A stretch of 64,000 nucleotides of DNA from the human T2T-CHM13v2.0 reference genome, Homo sapiens: the NCBI RefSeq assembly GCF_009914755.1, contig NC_060927.1. The stretch is one strand, 5' to 3'. A program made the translations under genes and the position numbers. A model generated the notes under the pieces. It saw nothing but the letters and a program-made list of their open reading frames with translations. It did not search any database and had not been told where the DNA came from. Shown here one piece after another: positions 44,935 through 58,948 of this stretch (its first letter is position 1; each line of letters begins with the position of its first letter).

Positions 44935-45450
44935 TGTAGAGATTGCTGAAGACTTCTCAGTGTCCATTCTGACTCTTCATCTTAGTTTAACAAACCCCAT
45001 ATTTTTAGCTGGTACATTGCTTCCCAAATAAAAGACTACGTTTCCCAGCTTCCTTTGCAATATCATATGGTCATCTTTCTAAGTTCTGGCCAATGAAATG
45101 TAAGTGGAATTGTCACATGGGGCTTCTTAAGCCCTCCTTTAAAAGCGAGACTTTCTTTCTAGCATCTTTTCCTCCTTCTTGCTTCTTTGAATGTCAATAT
45201 GATGGCTGGACTCTAGCAACCGTCTTGGACCATGAGGAAAATAGCCAGGCCATGAGGATGAGGACTATATCATGGGACTTTGCAGTGGTGACCCCGAAGA
45301 AGCCCTATCCCTGGTGACTTTGTAGAGCCACTATACTGGACTGCCTGGCTCTAGGCTTCTTTGCTATATGGAGAAATGAGCTTCTATCTTGTTTATGTCA
45401 TCTGTTGTTCCAGTCTCTGTTGCTTATGATCAAACCTAATTCTACTTGAT
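44935..45450 (+). mobile_element. MaLR LTR (old MLT1)
   Basis: aaagactacgtttcccagcttcctttgc...aagttctggccaatga...cttggaccatgagg. Confidence 0.65.
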
Positions 45451-47609
45451 AGCAAATATTGGGAACTTTGGTGTTTCCTTTCACATATTTCTGCAGGCCA
45501 TACAAACATGTACAAACACATATACATATATGTAAATTTTTTTATGCCTATTGTTTAAAAATGGAGTTAATAAGTGTCTCTGCTTCTAGCTTTTCTCTGT
45601 TGATAATGTATCGTAGATATTGAAGTATTGCTCAAGTGGTCCAGAAAGAAAAATTAAGCAAAACTTGAAACAACTTGAAAGCCATCAATAGGTGACTGAT
45701 TGAATAAATTATGAGCCATCCGTACTATAGAGTATGCCAACATTTAAAAGAATTAGTTGTATCTATATTTATTGATCTTTTAAAGCTTATCTCCCTTGAT
45801 AAAACATTTTTTGATCAATAAGGTTCTAAAGGACCCACAAGGTTTCACTTTTACCCCCATCTCAGGAAGCTCAAAGCTCCTGATTAAAGCAACTCTCTTC
45901 CTTAGTAAATGAAACAATGATCCTCTTTGTCCACGTAATACCCAGTATCTTTCTTATCTTTATTGCAGTCTTCCCAAACTACCCTGTGTGCTTTTATTGT
46001 AAGTTCTTTTGAGTCTTTTGTGGGAGCAAGTGGAACACAAACAATACATTAACCAGTAATTCAGGCGTTTAGTTTCCCACTGAAACTCTCCAAAGCAATT
46101 GGAAAGATCAACTGCAAAGTTGGGTGGATGGAGACATCTTTTCACTCTTGATCTAAGAAAGTGAATTGGTTCATAGCCCTGGACATTCTACCCTGGACTC
46201 ATCTGTTCATGAGATGAACAGTTCAAGAATAGAATGAAGAATTTTGAGTCTTGGATATGGCCAATACCACAGAATGGTGGTTCTCACTGTCACTGGGAGG
46301 GTGGGATGCCTATGCATCAGGAGCATTTAGGAGTCCCTGCCTTGCCTGCGTAAGATTCTCGTTTGTGTCCCAGCTCTTATCTTGCAGAGAACCACTGCTG
46401 TAACATGCTTTCCAGATGCCAAAAGAAAAAGCTGAGGGCTTTTGGCCTGCTTCTTCATTCCCTCCTCCCATTCCATCCCTTCTTTATCCTCAGTCTCCTC
46501 CTGAAATTTCTCTAAAGAACCAGAAGCAGTTATTGTCCTCAGAGAGTTCTAGAATCAGAGCAGGTGGTTCTTAGCTTGAATTATCAAACCCATCCATCTA
46601 TGTGGATCAGATTGACCAAATGCTTGCTGGGTCTCTGAATTGGTGAGGCTTAGTGGTTAGTGGAACACCCAGGCTTCTACATTAGCTAAGCCTCCCTTAT
46701 TGACTCCGGACACTCTTCCCAATCTTGAGGATATTGGGTTAGAAGATCCATTCTTGCTCCTTCTTTGGAAAAGCTGAAGCTTTGATCGGGCCCTAAAAAG
46801 AATATGCAAAGGCTGATAAGAAAGAAAAATACATGTGATAATCTCTAGTAAAGATTTTTTTATTAAAAAATTATTTTTATGAAAAGAGATGTGTTTGGCC
46901 CTTGGAAAGAAGAGAATTTAATTGATAGATCTGTCTAAATGAAGAAAAAGAAAGGCTTGAAGAAGAAGAAAAGGATTTTAGTGGGTTGATAGGGTGTGAC
47001 AAATGCTTGATTAACTGAGTTGAGGGTTTCCAAAGTTCTAAAATCAGCAGCTGCTAACTCGACATGTGACTCAGAGTAAACCACTTTCCTGGTAGGTCTC
47101 ACTTTGCCCAAAAATGTAATAAGAGGATCTCTTGGGACTCTTGGCTTGAATACTGTTGGGTTGTGAGTAAGCTGGACTCATTTCAGGACTCTGAGCAGAG
47201 TTCTTAGGTCTGTAAGCCAAGCCACTTCTGTTTCTCTTTTGAGTTGCTATAAAGTACAGACGATTCTACCAACCTTGACACAAACGCCCAGCTGCCCCCA
47301 GTTCAGTGCCACAGAGAAAAGCCTTGCAGAACAGGTTGAGTTTGTGGATGGGCATGGGGTAGAAGGTATCATCTCTTCTCTATCAATGACTTGGGTGATA
47401 CTTCTGGCAACAAAACAGACAGGTAAGTGTTCCTAATTTGGTGTGATGTGAGATACGTCTGGGTATGGTGGGACCCCAGAGGGGATGCTGAGGATATATG
47501 TGCTGCCTCAGGGGAGATGGACCAGATCATGAAGGGTTGTGCCAGCAATGGACAGAAGGGGTTTTTTGTTGAGGGAGGCAGGAAGAGAAAGCAGTAGCAG
47601 GTTCACGAC

Positions 47610-48000
47610 CGGGGCTCTTAGTTGCATATGACAGAAATAGACTCTGAGTGATATGACCAGGAAAAGAAATTCACTGAAAGAATATTGGGTAGCTGACAGG
47701 ATCCCTGAGAGCTCTAGAGACTCAGGCTTGGGGTTGTATGTGGATAGATGGTAGCTTCACTGACAGAACCACAGCCAGTTTTGTGCCACAGAAATAGGTG
47801 TGTAATGGGGGATGCCCCTGCTAATGTGAATGGGTCACTGGCTTCTGAATTCTGCATTCACACCACCCCCACCATCATCAAAAGAAATTTTCCTCTGTTT
47901 CTGCTTCTTTGGGTGGCCAACTTCCAACTGAAAGTCTAGAGAGTGTGGGTGACCAAGCCCTGACCACTGGCTTGTGCCCTACCTGCATGGCTTATTGGCT
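47610..48000 (-). mobile_element. MaLR LTR (old MLT1K/L-like)
   Basis: ctcttagttgcatatgacagaaa...aaagaatattgggtagct. Confidence 0.45.
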
Positions 48001-49514
48001 TCTATTGTGAGAAATAAAATGGTGGAGAAGACCCTAAACATAGGACAACGAGCTTGGGACACTCACAAGCTTTCTTCCTCCCAAAAAGACAGAAGCGGCA
48101 TATAGTTATTAAACATGTTAAATTAAGTTAACATGAACTTAGAAGATCTTTCAAGGTTAAGAGGAAAAAAAATTGGAAGAGACTAAAGGTCAAGTTACAA
48201 AGAAGGGAAAAAGTGATTTTGAGGGTCCTCAAGTTTCCATACATTAGTGTCTCCTTAGTTTGGATTTAAAATCAGAGCTTGGATATAAAAATGTGATCAA
48301 ACCTTGTGTCCACCAGTTTTCTATATGATTAGGGTGACACATGTTTTGAAAGGAAGTACAACCTGGGATGCATTTCTGTTTGAAATGTTAGGGAATTAAC
48401 AAGGGTGACCTGGCACAGGGACCTGTCATCACAAAACTTGGGAGACCCAAGAGAGCTTGGCAGCAGGTCAGGTGTCAGGCAAGGAACTTTCAGCCACTTT
48501 CATGGGGCAGGAGGAACGAAGTAACTTCCCATCCAAGTGGCAACCAATCACATGCTTATAAACAGATAGCACTTTTATGAGAAGCATGACCCCAACCTAT
48601 ACCTTTCTCCTAACCTTCTGATAGTGTGGGAAGGTCTTCAGGCACTGTGCTCAGGTCTCTTAGCAAAAAGAACCACACATATGTGTATGTGCTTGTACAC
48701 ACCCACACACATACAGCCAGGTCTACCAAGGTGGCCAGGTCTACTTTGGGACAAAGGAAACACAAAGATGGCAGGTTAGGTCACAGGATGACCTTGAAGG
48801 GCTGTACTCGTGACCTTGGACTCCCTACTCACTCTCTGGATTCCTGAGACAGAGGAAGAGGACCTCCAACAAAGAAGACATCTGGTCCTGCCCAGGAGAA
48901 CATGGATTGGATTCAGAAAGGTGCTATCTGCAAGTGAACCTTGAAAGAGGACAGGATATTGCTACTTGAGGGAGCAGGAGAGATGGTGGACCACATGGGG
49001 GATGGGCATGGAAAAACTCCAAGTCCCCTGCCCTTCTCTTACAGTGATGTTCAGTGAAGGTCTGGGCCTTCCAATTATTCACTGAAATAATGAATTCCTG
49101 CTACTCTGATGGCTTTCCACGCCATGATTTGAAGACAAGCAATAAAAGGTATTTATGGCAGCATGAGATTTTATACTCGGAGTTGTAAGGGAAATCTTAA
49201 AAATGGAAGAGGTTGCTATGAGATTTTCCAAAGCACCTCTGAGTTTTCATGAGTCAAGCATGGTGATGATATGGCCCTTCCAGAGATAAGGGCTGTACCA
49301 AGAGAATTAACAGATCCAGAATCTTAATCCTGGGATTTTCTGCAGTTTCTTTGAAGGGTGATATAGCCCTGGGACTCAAATTGTGGAATGTCCCCACTGG
49401 AAGAGGCCCCTGAGAGGCACAGCAGGAGTGGAGGTCTTGGAGGGTGGGAGTCAGGATTTTACCTAAGGTTACGCAGTTAGCTGTGGCAGGAGCGGGTATA
49501 ACGTGAACACAAAT

Positions 49515-50052
49515 ATGCTAGACCCAATTCTTCCAGATGCAAGACACAGAATGTCTTGAGGAAAAAAGGTTATTTGTTGGCTTACATCCCTGAAAAGCCT
49601 AAGGGTAGGCACAGTTATCAGGGACAATTGGATCAAGGCCCTTGAAAAATGTCCCTAAGAAGCTGCCTCTCCCCTGCTCTTGGCTCCGCTGCCTTTCAGA
49701 TTGCATTCATTCTCAGGCAGGCTCTCTGTCATGGTGACTCCTGGAAACTTCACATGCTCATCCTTACAGCTCCAGGTTTAGCATAAACAAAGTGTCTCTT
49801 TCCTGGTTGACTCAGTAGAAGTCCCAGGATAAACTCTGATGTGATGACTTAGGTCATGTGCTCATCTCTGAGTTAGTCATTGGACTGGAGTTATGAAATA
49901 TGCTGATTTGGCTGGGATCAGGTGGGCCTCACTGTCTCAAACCTTTGGGATTAAGAAGGGGGAGGTGTGAGATTTCCAAGGAAAATTTGGGAACTGTTTC
50001 TGACAAAAGGGCATCTGGCTACTTAGAAGATAAACCCACAGATGCCCACTAC
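49515..50052 (-). mobile_element. MaLR LTR (old MLT1K/L-like)
   Basis: ttcattctcaggcaggctct...ttaggtcatgtgctcatc...gctgatttggc...gatgcccactaca. Confidence 0.55.
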
Positions 50053-50974
50053 ATTAGTTTATCTGCGAGTGAGCCTCATGGATTTCCTCTACACCAGCTG
50101 CCCTTTCCAGTACCATGGGAAAGCCTGGGTTTACTTTTTATGACCAGGTGCCCAGAAAGTTCAACCAGCAATCAGTGGTCATTGCCAGGCTGTTCAGGGA
50201 AAGGGCGGGAGGTAGGAGAACAATTAAGTCTGCCCTAATGCATCATCCTACCCCAAATGAAGAGCTTAAGCAGCTTATTGTTTTAACTGCATAACTCATT
50301 AAAAGAAAATGCATAGTTTTATAGCCCTCCTTGATTGAGACTACATGGCTCATTAATGTTTGATACACCTGCCAAGGACTTAGAGGAAGGCAGTGAGCCT
50401 GGTGCCTGTGGGCCAGTGGGCTGAGAGCCCCACCCAGGATGCCCACCCTAGGGAGCCTGAGAGCAGTGGAGCACACTGCTTGGCACTCTGGGGGCAACAC
50501 TTGCCTGAGCAAAGTAGCACCTTGCAGGGAAAGACTGGGCAGGGGCAACAAATGTGAACATTGGTGCTTTCTCAAACCTCTGCTTTCTCAGAACTCTGGT
50601 TGGGGCTGAACGTTTTCACAGGCTGTGACTGAATGTGATAACTTGGATTTAATTGTCAGGCTGCAAGGCTTTTGTGGACAGAAAATTGAGATTTTCAAGA
50701 CAGGCATGACCTTGGAAATCTTCTAGCTGGGGTCCTAGAATGGGTAAGAGATTTGCTTGAAGTCACACAACCATGAGTGCAAGAGCAGCTGGAACACTAG
50801 TGCTTTTTTTGTCACTATGATTTAGTGTTCTTTCTGCCTCCCTAACTAGGATATTATGACCTGGGGCCACAGAGATACACCATTCCTTCAGGTGGTGTGG
50901 CCCCAGCACTCTCTGTTCTCTGACGCTCTGTGGCTCCTTACAGCGGTGCCTGAGTGCTTCCTCTGGCTACAGGG

Positions 50975-51495
50975 CTATGCATGGTGGGTACACAAGGCAC
51001 CAAGGAGTTAACCATCCCAGGAGCAGCCTTCAGCCAATGAGAGATGAGAAGTGGCAGATGAATATGCAATTCTTTACCCCTAGGCAGGACCACTCTGAGG
51101 CATGTGCTTCACTGTTACTCTCAAAAGTATGGTCCCAGGGCCAGCAGCATCAGCATCACCTGGGAACCTAAAAGAAATTCAGATTTTCAGGTCCCACTCA
51201 CTTCAGACCTACTCATCAGAAACTCTGAGGGTGGGGCCCAGCAGTCAGTTTCAATATCCCTTCCAGGTGATTCTGACGCATGCACGAGTTTGAGGATCTA
51301 CCCTTTACAGTCTCCAGCGCTTCCTCAAAGCCCTGTTTGCTCCCGTGATAACCTGCTTATTTATGTACCCTGCTTGTTCTCTCTGCTTCTCTTACTTCCC
51401 TAGTTTTTGACTGGTGCTTTCTGAGATCATTTCCTGAATAAACAACTTGCCCTCAAATCCTTGTTCCCCTGCTTCTGCAGGAAGCTGAATAGTAC
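50975..51495 (+). mobile_element. ERVL LTR (LTR16-like) interrupted by MER5A
   Basis: ggagttaac...cagccaatga...actctgaggcatgt, then the insert, then gataacctgc...aataaacaacttgccctcaaatcc. Confidence 0.6.
51110..51300. mobile_element. MER5A hAT MITE
   Basis: gcagcatcagcatcacctggga...tcagaaactctgagggtggggcccagc...aggtgattctga. Confidence 0.8.
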
Positions 51496-53314
51496 CAAGA
51501 GCTCCAAACACATCTGAGGTTTCTTTTTCTTTATAGCCACAGCTGGTCCTAGAATCAATGCAGGCTGATGCAAAGCCCTTGATAAGTCATAACATCTTGG
51601 GCCAGTAACTTAACCTCGTTGAGCTAAAGTTTTCTAACCGAGAGTCTAAATTTTGGTGACTGAAGGCCTAAGAATCAAAAGATGTGGGTGAGTGGAGTAC
51701 AGTATTCTTTTCTAGTACACTCAGTATTTAGGGACTAAATGATGCCTCCTAGAGGAGGGCAGATCTCCCTTCCTAATAAATTTCTGCTGCAAAAATTTTC
51801 CCAGAGGCCATGAAAACTCTGGGAGAAAGGGACTGGGATGCTGGTCACTCACTTGACATCGAGTTTCAAAGGTAAATCGAATTATAGGAAAGTAGTTACA
51901 AGAGAGGGCTGCCTCCCTGAGGGCTTAGGACATCTGTATCAGTAAACCGCATTCCTTGAGGGTTCACTGGAGAGGACTGCTGGTCCCAGATATAGCATAT
52001 GCCCAGATCCACCACCCCAAGGGCACGTGCCAGACCAAATGGCCACCACTGTGTACTGTAATTGTTGTAACCTGTGTATGAGCTGTGACACTAGGGGCTC
52101 AGGCGGTCAGTTGTGGAGCACCCCTCACCAAGGATGATACAGAGGGATGAGTGTCCTGTTTCTCACCATGGGAAATCCTCAGGATAAGAAAGAAGGGTCT
52201 CCACCTGAGCTTTCAGAAGCAGGCAGCTTAGCAGTAAATGTGGGGTTGAGGAGTAAGATCTCAGTGCCAGTGGGAGGGGATGGTTTGGTAAAAACCAAAT
52301 TCCTGTGATCCTGCCAGAAGGTTTAAAAAGCACCACAGATCGCTGACTCTCCCTTCCCCCCAGCAGCCTGGCAGACACTGAAGTAACTGAAGCCAGAGGC
52401 TGGCAAGGATGTTGGGAGCCAGAAGTTGCTGAGCTCAGTTTCAAGTAAGGCTACCGCCATCCAGCCCTTCCGCAGGCCAAAGCAGTGAGCACTTTGTATT
52501 TTGGAGAAAAAGTTATGAGAATTTCTGGCAATAAAGTAGGTAGAGTTGTTGCAATCTGGAATATTCATGTATACATATACACGCAATATACATTAATGTA
52601 TGTATATTCACACACATACACATATATCTGCATGTGTACATACACAACCCCACTGAGACCCTCAATAGACAGAAAGGTAGACAAACCTCAGCTGGCTGTA
52701 GTGGGAACTGAGTAAGTTAACAGTAGTGCAACAGCTCAACACAGTGCCTGGCATGCAGGAGACAATAAATGTCAGGAGTATCCCCATAAAGGCAGAGGGG
52801 CAACCATATGGAATACAGTGAGGAGCAAGAATGTCTCAGACTCATGGATGCAGGAATCTGGAACACAGACATCCAATCAGCCAGTCTGACCTCTCGGCCC
52901 CCTCCCTCAGGTCCTCCATGGTCAGCCCAGCAGGCTCCATTCACAGATAAGGAATGCAACAGGCACCCCTGGAGCGTACATGTGGTGACCTGGGCCCCCA
53001 AGATTTTCCACTTTAATCCTGGTTTCACTCTCCACTGGAGACACAGGATTCCTGGTGTTAGGTCAATGGTCATTGCTATCAAAGCCAAGAAAAAGAAAAG
53101 CTTACAGCTTCTCAGTGTTAGCCTCTAAGACCCTGAAGATACACTTTATATCTCCCAGGGCTGCAGTAATATGCTATCCCACATACCAACATTGAAACTG
53201 GCTGTTCCAACCAAAGGCACCAACCAGTACCAATGTGTGGCCAGGCCACTCTGAAAAATGTACCAGGGTCACCAAACCACAAAAATCACTTCCTTTAAGC
53301 AACAACAACAACAA

Positions 53315-53619
<305 letters not shown>

Positions 53620-53834
53620 TCACATTTTCAATTACAATTAAATGAAGAAATGGAATCAGCCACCACAAAATACTAACTATGAACTTCACATTTGCAGCCC
53701 TGCAAGTGTTGCTCTTCCTCAAAATACAACCTTGCTGGAATTTTCCCCTTCTCATCCTTCATTGGCGAGAATTAGTGATGAAACACTCCCATATGTTACT
53801 GACAAGAATGCAACCTTCTAAAAGGCTAGTATTT

Positions 53835-54130
53835 GGCCAGGTGCAGTGGCTCACACCTATAATCCCAGCACTTTGGGAGGCCGAGATAGGTGGATCACAT
53901 GAGGCCAGGAGTTCAAGATCAGCCTGGCCAACATGGTGGAACCCTGTCTCTACTAAAAATACAAAAAAATTAGCCTGGCGTGGTGGTGCTTGTCTGTAAT
54001 CCCAGCTACTCGCGTGGCTGAGGCACAAGAATTGCTTGAACCCAGGAGGCAGTGAGCCAAGATCGTGCCACTGCCCTTCAACCTGGGCAACAGAACAAGA
54101 CCCTGTCTCAAAAAAAAATTAAATTGAAAT
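53835..54130 (+). mobile_element. Older Alu (AluJ/Sz-like)
   Basis: gaggccaggagttc and agaccctgtctc; TSD aaaaggctag(t/a)att at 53820-53833 and 54131-54144. Confidence 0.92.
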
Positions 54131-54679
54131 AAAAGGCTAGAATTCATCCAGCTAGAATGGGGATATGAGAGTGAGGGTTTCTGCTGCACAACTGAAGTCC
54201 AGTGGACTCAGTAGCCCTGGATTGGTATAAAAATGCTAATTGCCTTGATTTATTGAGTGTCAGGGTGGTACATGCCTTCATACAGTATTGCTAGTTGTCA
54301 CAGCAGCCATGCGGACTGCTAATTCCTTATCCTGTGATCTTAGGGTATGTAGGAGTTTCCAGATCTCTAACCCTGCTACTAGTGAGAGCCCACAATGTGC
54401 CACCCCCTGTACCTGCTATTAACAAGTGGTACTTCTAATATTGACCAATCTCATGGCTGCCAAACTGTAGTCTTACAAATGAGGAGAATAAAATGGAGCC
54501 GATATTAACTGTGTTGCTAATGAACGGTTACTGTAGAGGAAAGTTGTCCCTTCTATTTTTTCAAATCAGTAATTACAGGGCACACATTTTAAAGGAAATA
54601 AACTAATATGAATTACTTCCAAATATGATTGGTAAAATAGATAATTCTTTCCAAGAAAATATATATTTTGTAATCTTGG

Positions 54680-54912
54680 CTTTTTAAAACAGCTTTAGCA
54701 AAGTATATTTTACATATCATAAAATTCATACATTTCTGGTGTATACTTCAATGCATTTTTAGTAAATTTATAGAGTTGTACAACAATCACCATAAATCAA
54801 TTTTATGAGGTTTTCATGCCCCAATATGATCCCTTGTGCCAACTTACAATTAATGTCCAGTCCCACCCCAGCCCCAGGCAACTACCAATATACTTTCTTT
54901 CTCTGTAAATTT
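54680..54912 (-). mobile_element. L1MB-type 3' end
   Basis: aacagcttt...cataaaattca...cccagccccaggcaactacc. Confidence 0.75.
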
Positions 54913-55184
54913 GAATCTTGGCTGTTCTTTATTGCAGTTCTCGGCCTCTGTGTTTTCATTGTCCAACTGAAGATTAGACAAGAGGCAGCATGGGGTGGTG
55001 GATAAATCGTGGACCAGGATTGAAGCGAAGATCTGCTCATCTGGGACACTCACCAGGTAAGTGAGATTGAGAAGGGGACTCCTCTTGGATCTTAGTTTCT
55101 TCACTGACTAGCAGGCATTGCAAGACCAGTTTTCCAAGGCTGCTGAGAGTCAACTGTGCAAACATGCTGTGAACTAGGTAAGTG

Positions 55185-55325
55185 GCATCATCCTTATTTA
55201 TAGACGAGGCAACCAAGGCTTAGCAGGTTAAGTAATAGTCCCAATGTCACTCAGTTAGAAAGTGATGGTGTTGGGATATGCACTCAGTCTTTCTAGCCTT
55301 GAAGTACATGTGTTTTCTAGTATAC
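55185..55325 (-). mobile_element. MIR SINE
   Basis: atttatagacgaggcaaccaaggcttag...aggttaagtaa...gtcactcagttag. Confidence 0.7.
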
Positions 55326-56722
55326 CTCACTGGTCCCCAAAACTCAATCCAATATTGAGCTGAGTAAATTTTCTCATCTGTCAGCTGTATGGAGTAATTC
55401 CCCCTGAGCTTACTTACAGTCAACCTTCAGTGTGAACCAGACTGCTGCCTCCCCAGCAGCTCTCATTGGCAGCACCCCTGGTGATGCACATATGCAGACA
55501 GCAAGCACTTTGAGTCTCTTCTAGGTTTACAGCTTCGTCTGTGGGTTCTCTAGGGTCCCAGGTATGTAGCTGCAGACCAGGCATCCAAGCTGCCTCTCAT
55601 CCAGCGTGCTTCTTCCCATCACTTGGAATTTCCATTTCAAAGTGGGTTCATGGCAACTGTTCCTAATCAAAAAGAGTCACTATTCTCATCTTTGACTCTC
55701 CAGTCTGTATCCAAACATACAGGACTCACCTTCCCACAAGCACAGGCAACTCTCATAAGAGGCAGACTCAGATCCTGCAATTCTGACCTTGATAATTGGA
55801 CTCTAAAGTTGTTCTGCTAATAGTCATTTGCCAAGGAGTCAATCAACAGATTCTGCCCTGGGAAACAAAGGGGCCATGGCTCAAGGTTTCTGGGACTTGA
55901 AACCTCCAAAATGACTATTTGGCTCAGTTCATTTTCCAAAATGGTTACCTGAAAAATATTAAAAGCCCTAGACTCAAGGTCTCTGTGAAATTCTGAACTT
56001 GCCTGCAAGGAGTAAGGTAGGAGGTGCTGAATTCTGCTGTTGGTTCTATACTAATGCACACTTCTTTGCAAAATAAGTTTGGTCGGGTCAGTTTTTGTTA
56101 TTTTGCTTTGTTTAAGTTATTTTTCATAGCAATTCACCCTCCACCCACCAACCCACATTTACCAAGTTCTGTTTTTATGCATTTTATATATTTGGGTTTT
56201 ATGTAAGACTTTTTTCAAAAAAGAATTCCACTACAAAAAAGAATGGAAAAACACTGGGTTTGTTGCCTCCAGCTCTAACAAATAATCGAAGACTTTGTAA
56301 AAGATTTCTTTCAAAACTGAGAGCCATCCCTATGATTGATGTGAAGTAGCACTTAGTCGACAAGCATTCTATTCAGCTTTCTTTACAAACAGTGTTTTAG
56401 GAATTCACCAATCCGTGATCCTTCAGGAATTTTACTTGGAACAACAGATAAAGTAATAAACACCATGGACATCTGTGCAGGACATTCAGCCATCACATTT
56501 GTTAATTTGTTTTGGTGCTGTCTCTTATGTGCAGGTTATTGAAGGAGGACTCAATAACAAGAGAGTCTCGAGAAAGCCAGTGGAAGGGATGTAGCACAAA
56601 AAGCAGAAGGTCGATAAAGCTGTACTCATGTTTAAGCTAGGGACCTTGTTTATTTCTTCAGATCCAAGTACATATACTTTCAGCCACAGGTGTGTGCAGG
56701 ACTCCCTTACAGGATATCCTGG

Positions 56723-56723
<1 letters not shown>

Positions 56724-56759
<36 letters not shown>
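56724..56759. repeat. (TG)18 microsatellite followed by a GA-rich low-complexity tract to ~56990
   Basis: Read directly from the sequence. Confidence 0.97.
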
Positions 56760-56762
<3 letters not shown>

Positions 56763-56999
56763 ATTTGAGACACAAAGACAGAAGGACTTGGGAAGGAGGG
56801 AGAGAGAAAAAGAGAGAGAGGAGAGTAAGATACAGATAAAGGCACAGAGAGACAGAAAAATATTCACAGAGAGATAAAGTTACACAGAAACAGACATAGA
56901 CAGACAGAAACCAAGCCTGCAGAAACCAAGATGTTTATAGAAGGGAAGACAGAAAAATAGAAAGACACAGAGAAACAGAAAGAGAAGAGATGTGGTCAG

Positions 57000-57425
57000 C
57001 CAAAAAATATTTGGTGACGATAGCCTAACGAGACTTATTAACACAACACAATGTATGAATCTCATTTAGATGCTGATCTGAATGAACAAATGGTAAAAAA
57101 AAAAATAAAGCGGAGTCAGTTGAATAAATCTGAAGCACTGATTCAATGTTTGATAATAGCAAGAAATTATTGCTAACTATTGAGTGTGTTAATGGTATTG
57201 TTATGTTTTAATTGAGCCATTATCTTTTAGAGACACTTTCTGAAATGTTTAGGGGTAAAATGATACAATGCCTGAGCTTGTTTCAAAATAACATGCAGGG
57301 AGGGGTGGGTGAGGATGTCAATGAAAGATTATTAAAACTCGGTGATGGGATCATGAGGGTTCCTTATATTATTCTGTAACTTTTGTGTATGTTTGAAAAT
57401 TTCCGTAATATGAAGTTAAAAAAAT
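57000..57425 (+). mobile_element. L1MC/MD-type 3' end
   Basis: aatggtattgttatgtt...ttatcttttagaga...tttgtgtatgtttgaaaatttccgtaat. Confidence 0.65.
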
Positions 57426-58360
57426 TGTTAAATGCCTACCATGAGTCAGGCAATAGTGTAGGGAATGGGAAATAGGGTGAATAGGATAGAGGCAGGGATG
57501 AGAGGGACAGACAATGGAGATGGAGGGATGGTGACAGAGGCAGACAAAAATCCAAAGAGATAAAGGAGAAAGGGAGGGAGGGGGTGGGGAGGATAAAGGC
57601 GTGAGTGCTGTGCTCACCCCCATGTACAGAAAAGAGGCTTCATCCCAATGATATTAGGGTAGTGACAAATATTTCAGCATTCCAGGAACCCCAGGGTTAA
57701 AAATGAGACTTCAGCAGAAATCACTCCACTCACCACCAGCCATGACAGGAGTTCAGGTCCTGTCAAAGCCTCCCATATTGTATTTATTGGAGTCTTTTGG
57801 GAGCTTGAGCCCAAGTCCATTCAGCTGCCACACAGCATTCCCCCAGGCTCCTTTGTCTCTTTCTCTGGCTTATGGTCCAGGCTGGGCCTCTGCAGGGCAC
57901 TGCTGTTCTTTCCTCTCACTGGTCACTGGGGTTTCTCCTGGTCACCACTCCCACTTCCAGTGGGTCCTTCTCTGCATAGTGGGCACCTTCATCCTTCCCT
58001 CCTGCTGGGCACCGCAGCCTGTCCTGTGCACTGCCATGCTTTCTGGGCATGGCCACCTCTTCCAGGTTTTGCTTTTGCCCTACACTGATAGCTGCCACCC
58101 TAGCCAGAGAAAGTGCTAGAGCCTTCCATATGACAAAATGCATAATGGCCTGTGGCAACATGGAGAAGATGAAGGCACCTCTCCACTCTGCCTCACACAG
58201 AGGCCAAGGACAGCCAGAGCTGGGCTGCTCGTGCTCCAATGCCTCACCACTCTTCATTCAACAGCCCTTTCCATTTTCCCTCGTAGCACTCTTTCTTCCA
58301 GCGATCACATGAATCCATGGGGCTGGGTGGGGCCAGACCCAGGGCCAGCCACTACACTGA

Positions 58361-58416
58361 ACTCTGCATCACTCTGCTTCTAATAATCACTCCACATCAC
58401 ACTGCTTCTAATAATC
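58361..58416. repeat. 28-bp tandem duplication (2 copies, 3 mismatches)
   Basis: actctgcatcactctgcttctaataatc / actccacatcacactgcttctaataatc. Confidence 0.85.
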
Positions 58417-58446
58417 AAGGCCAAGCATGACCCACCCTGCAGATGG

Positions 58447-58948
58447 AGTAGTAGTCAGGGTTCTCTAGAGAACTAGGACCAATAGACTATATCTAGATAT
58501 ACAGAAAAAGATGTATTAGGAAGATTGTCTCATGCCATTATGAAGGCTGAGGAGTTCCACAATCTGCTTATTGCAAACTAGAAGCCCAGGTCACGTAGGT
58601 CCAGTCCAAACTTAAAGGCCTGAGAACCAGGAGAGCCAGTGGCATAGGTCCCAGTCTGAGTGAGAAGGCTCAAAAACTAGGGGCACTGATGTCTGAGGGA
58701 AGGAGAAGATGGAAGTCTCAGCCTAAGCAAAGAGCAAATTCAGACTTCCTCTGCCTTTCTGTCCCAGCAGGGCCCTCAATGGATTGGATGATGGCACATT
58801 GGTGAGGGGAATCTTCTTTACTCCGTGTACTGATAAAAATGCTCATTTATTCCTGAAACACTCTCACAGGCAAACCCCAAAGTGATGTTCTACCAGCTAT
58901 CTGGGCATTCCTTAACCAAGTCAGATTGAGATAAAATGAGCCATCACA
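58447..58948 (-). mobile_element. ERVL solo LTR (MLT2C/D-like)
   Basis: tagtcagggttctctagaga...ccatcaca; 5-bp TSD gatgg at 58442-58446 and 58949-58953. Confidence 0.85.

Noticed and set aside
52119-52141. Resemblance to U6 snRNA (caaggatga)
   Set aside because: Match too short; the rest of U6 is absent
56461-56471. REST/RE1-like CACCATGGACA
   Set aside because: Lacks the TTCAG left half and the GCGCC right flank
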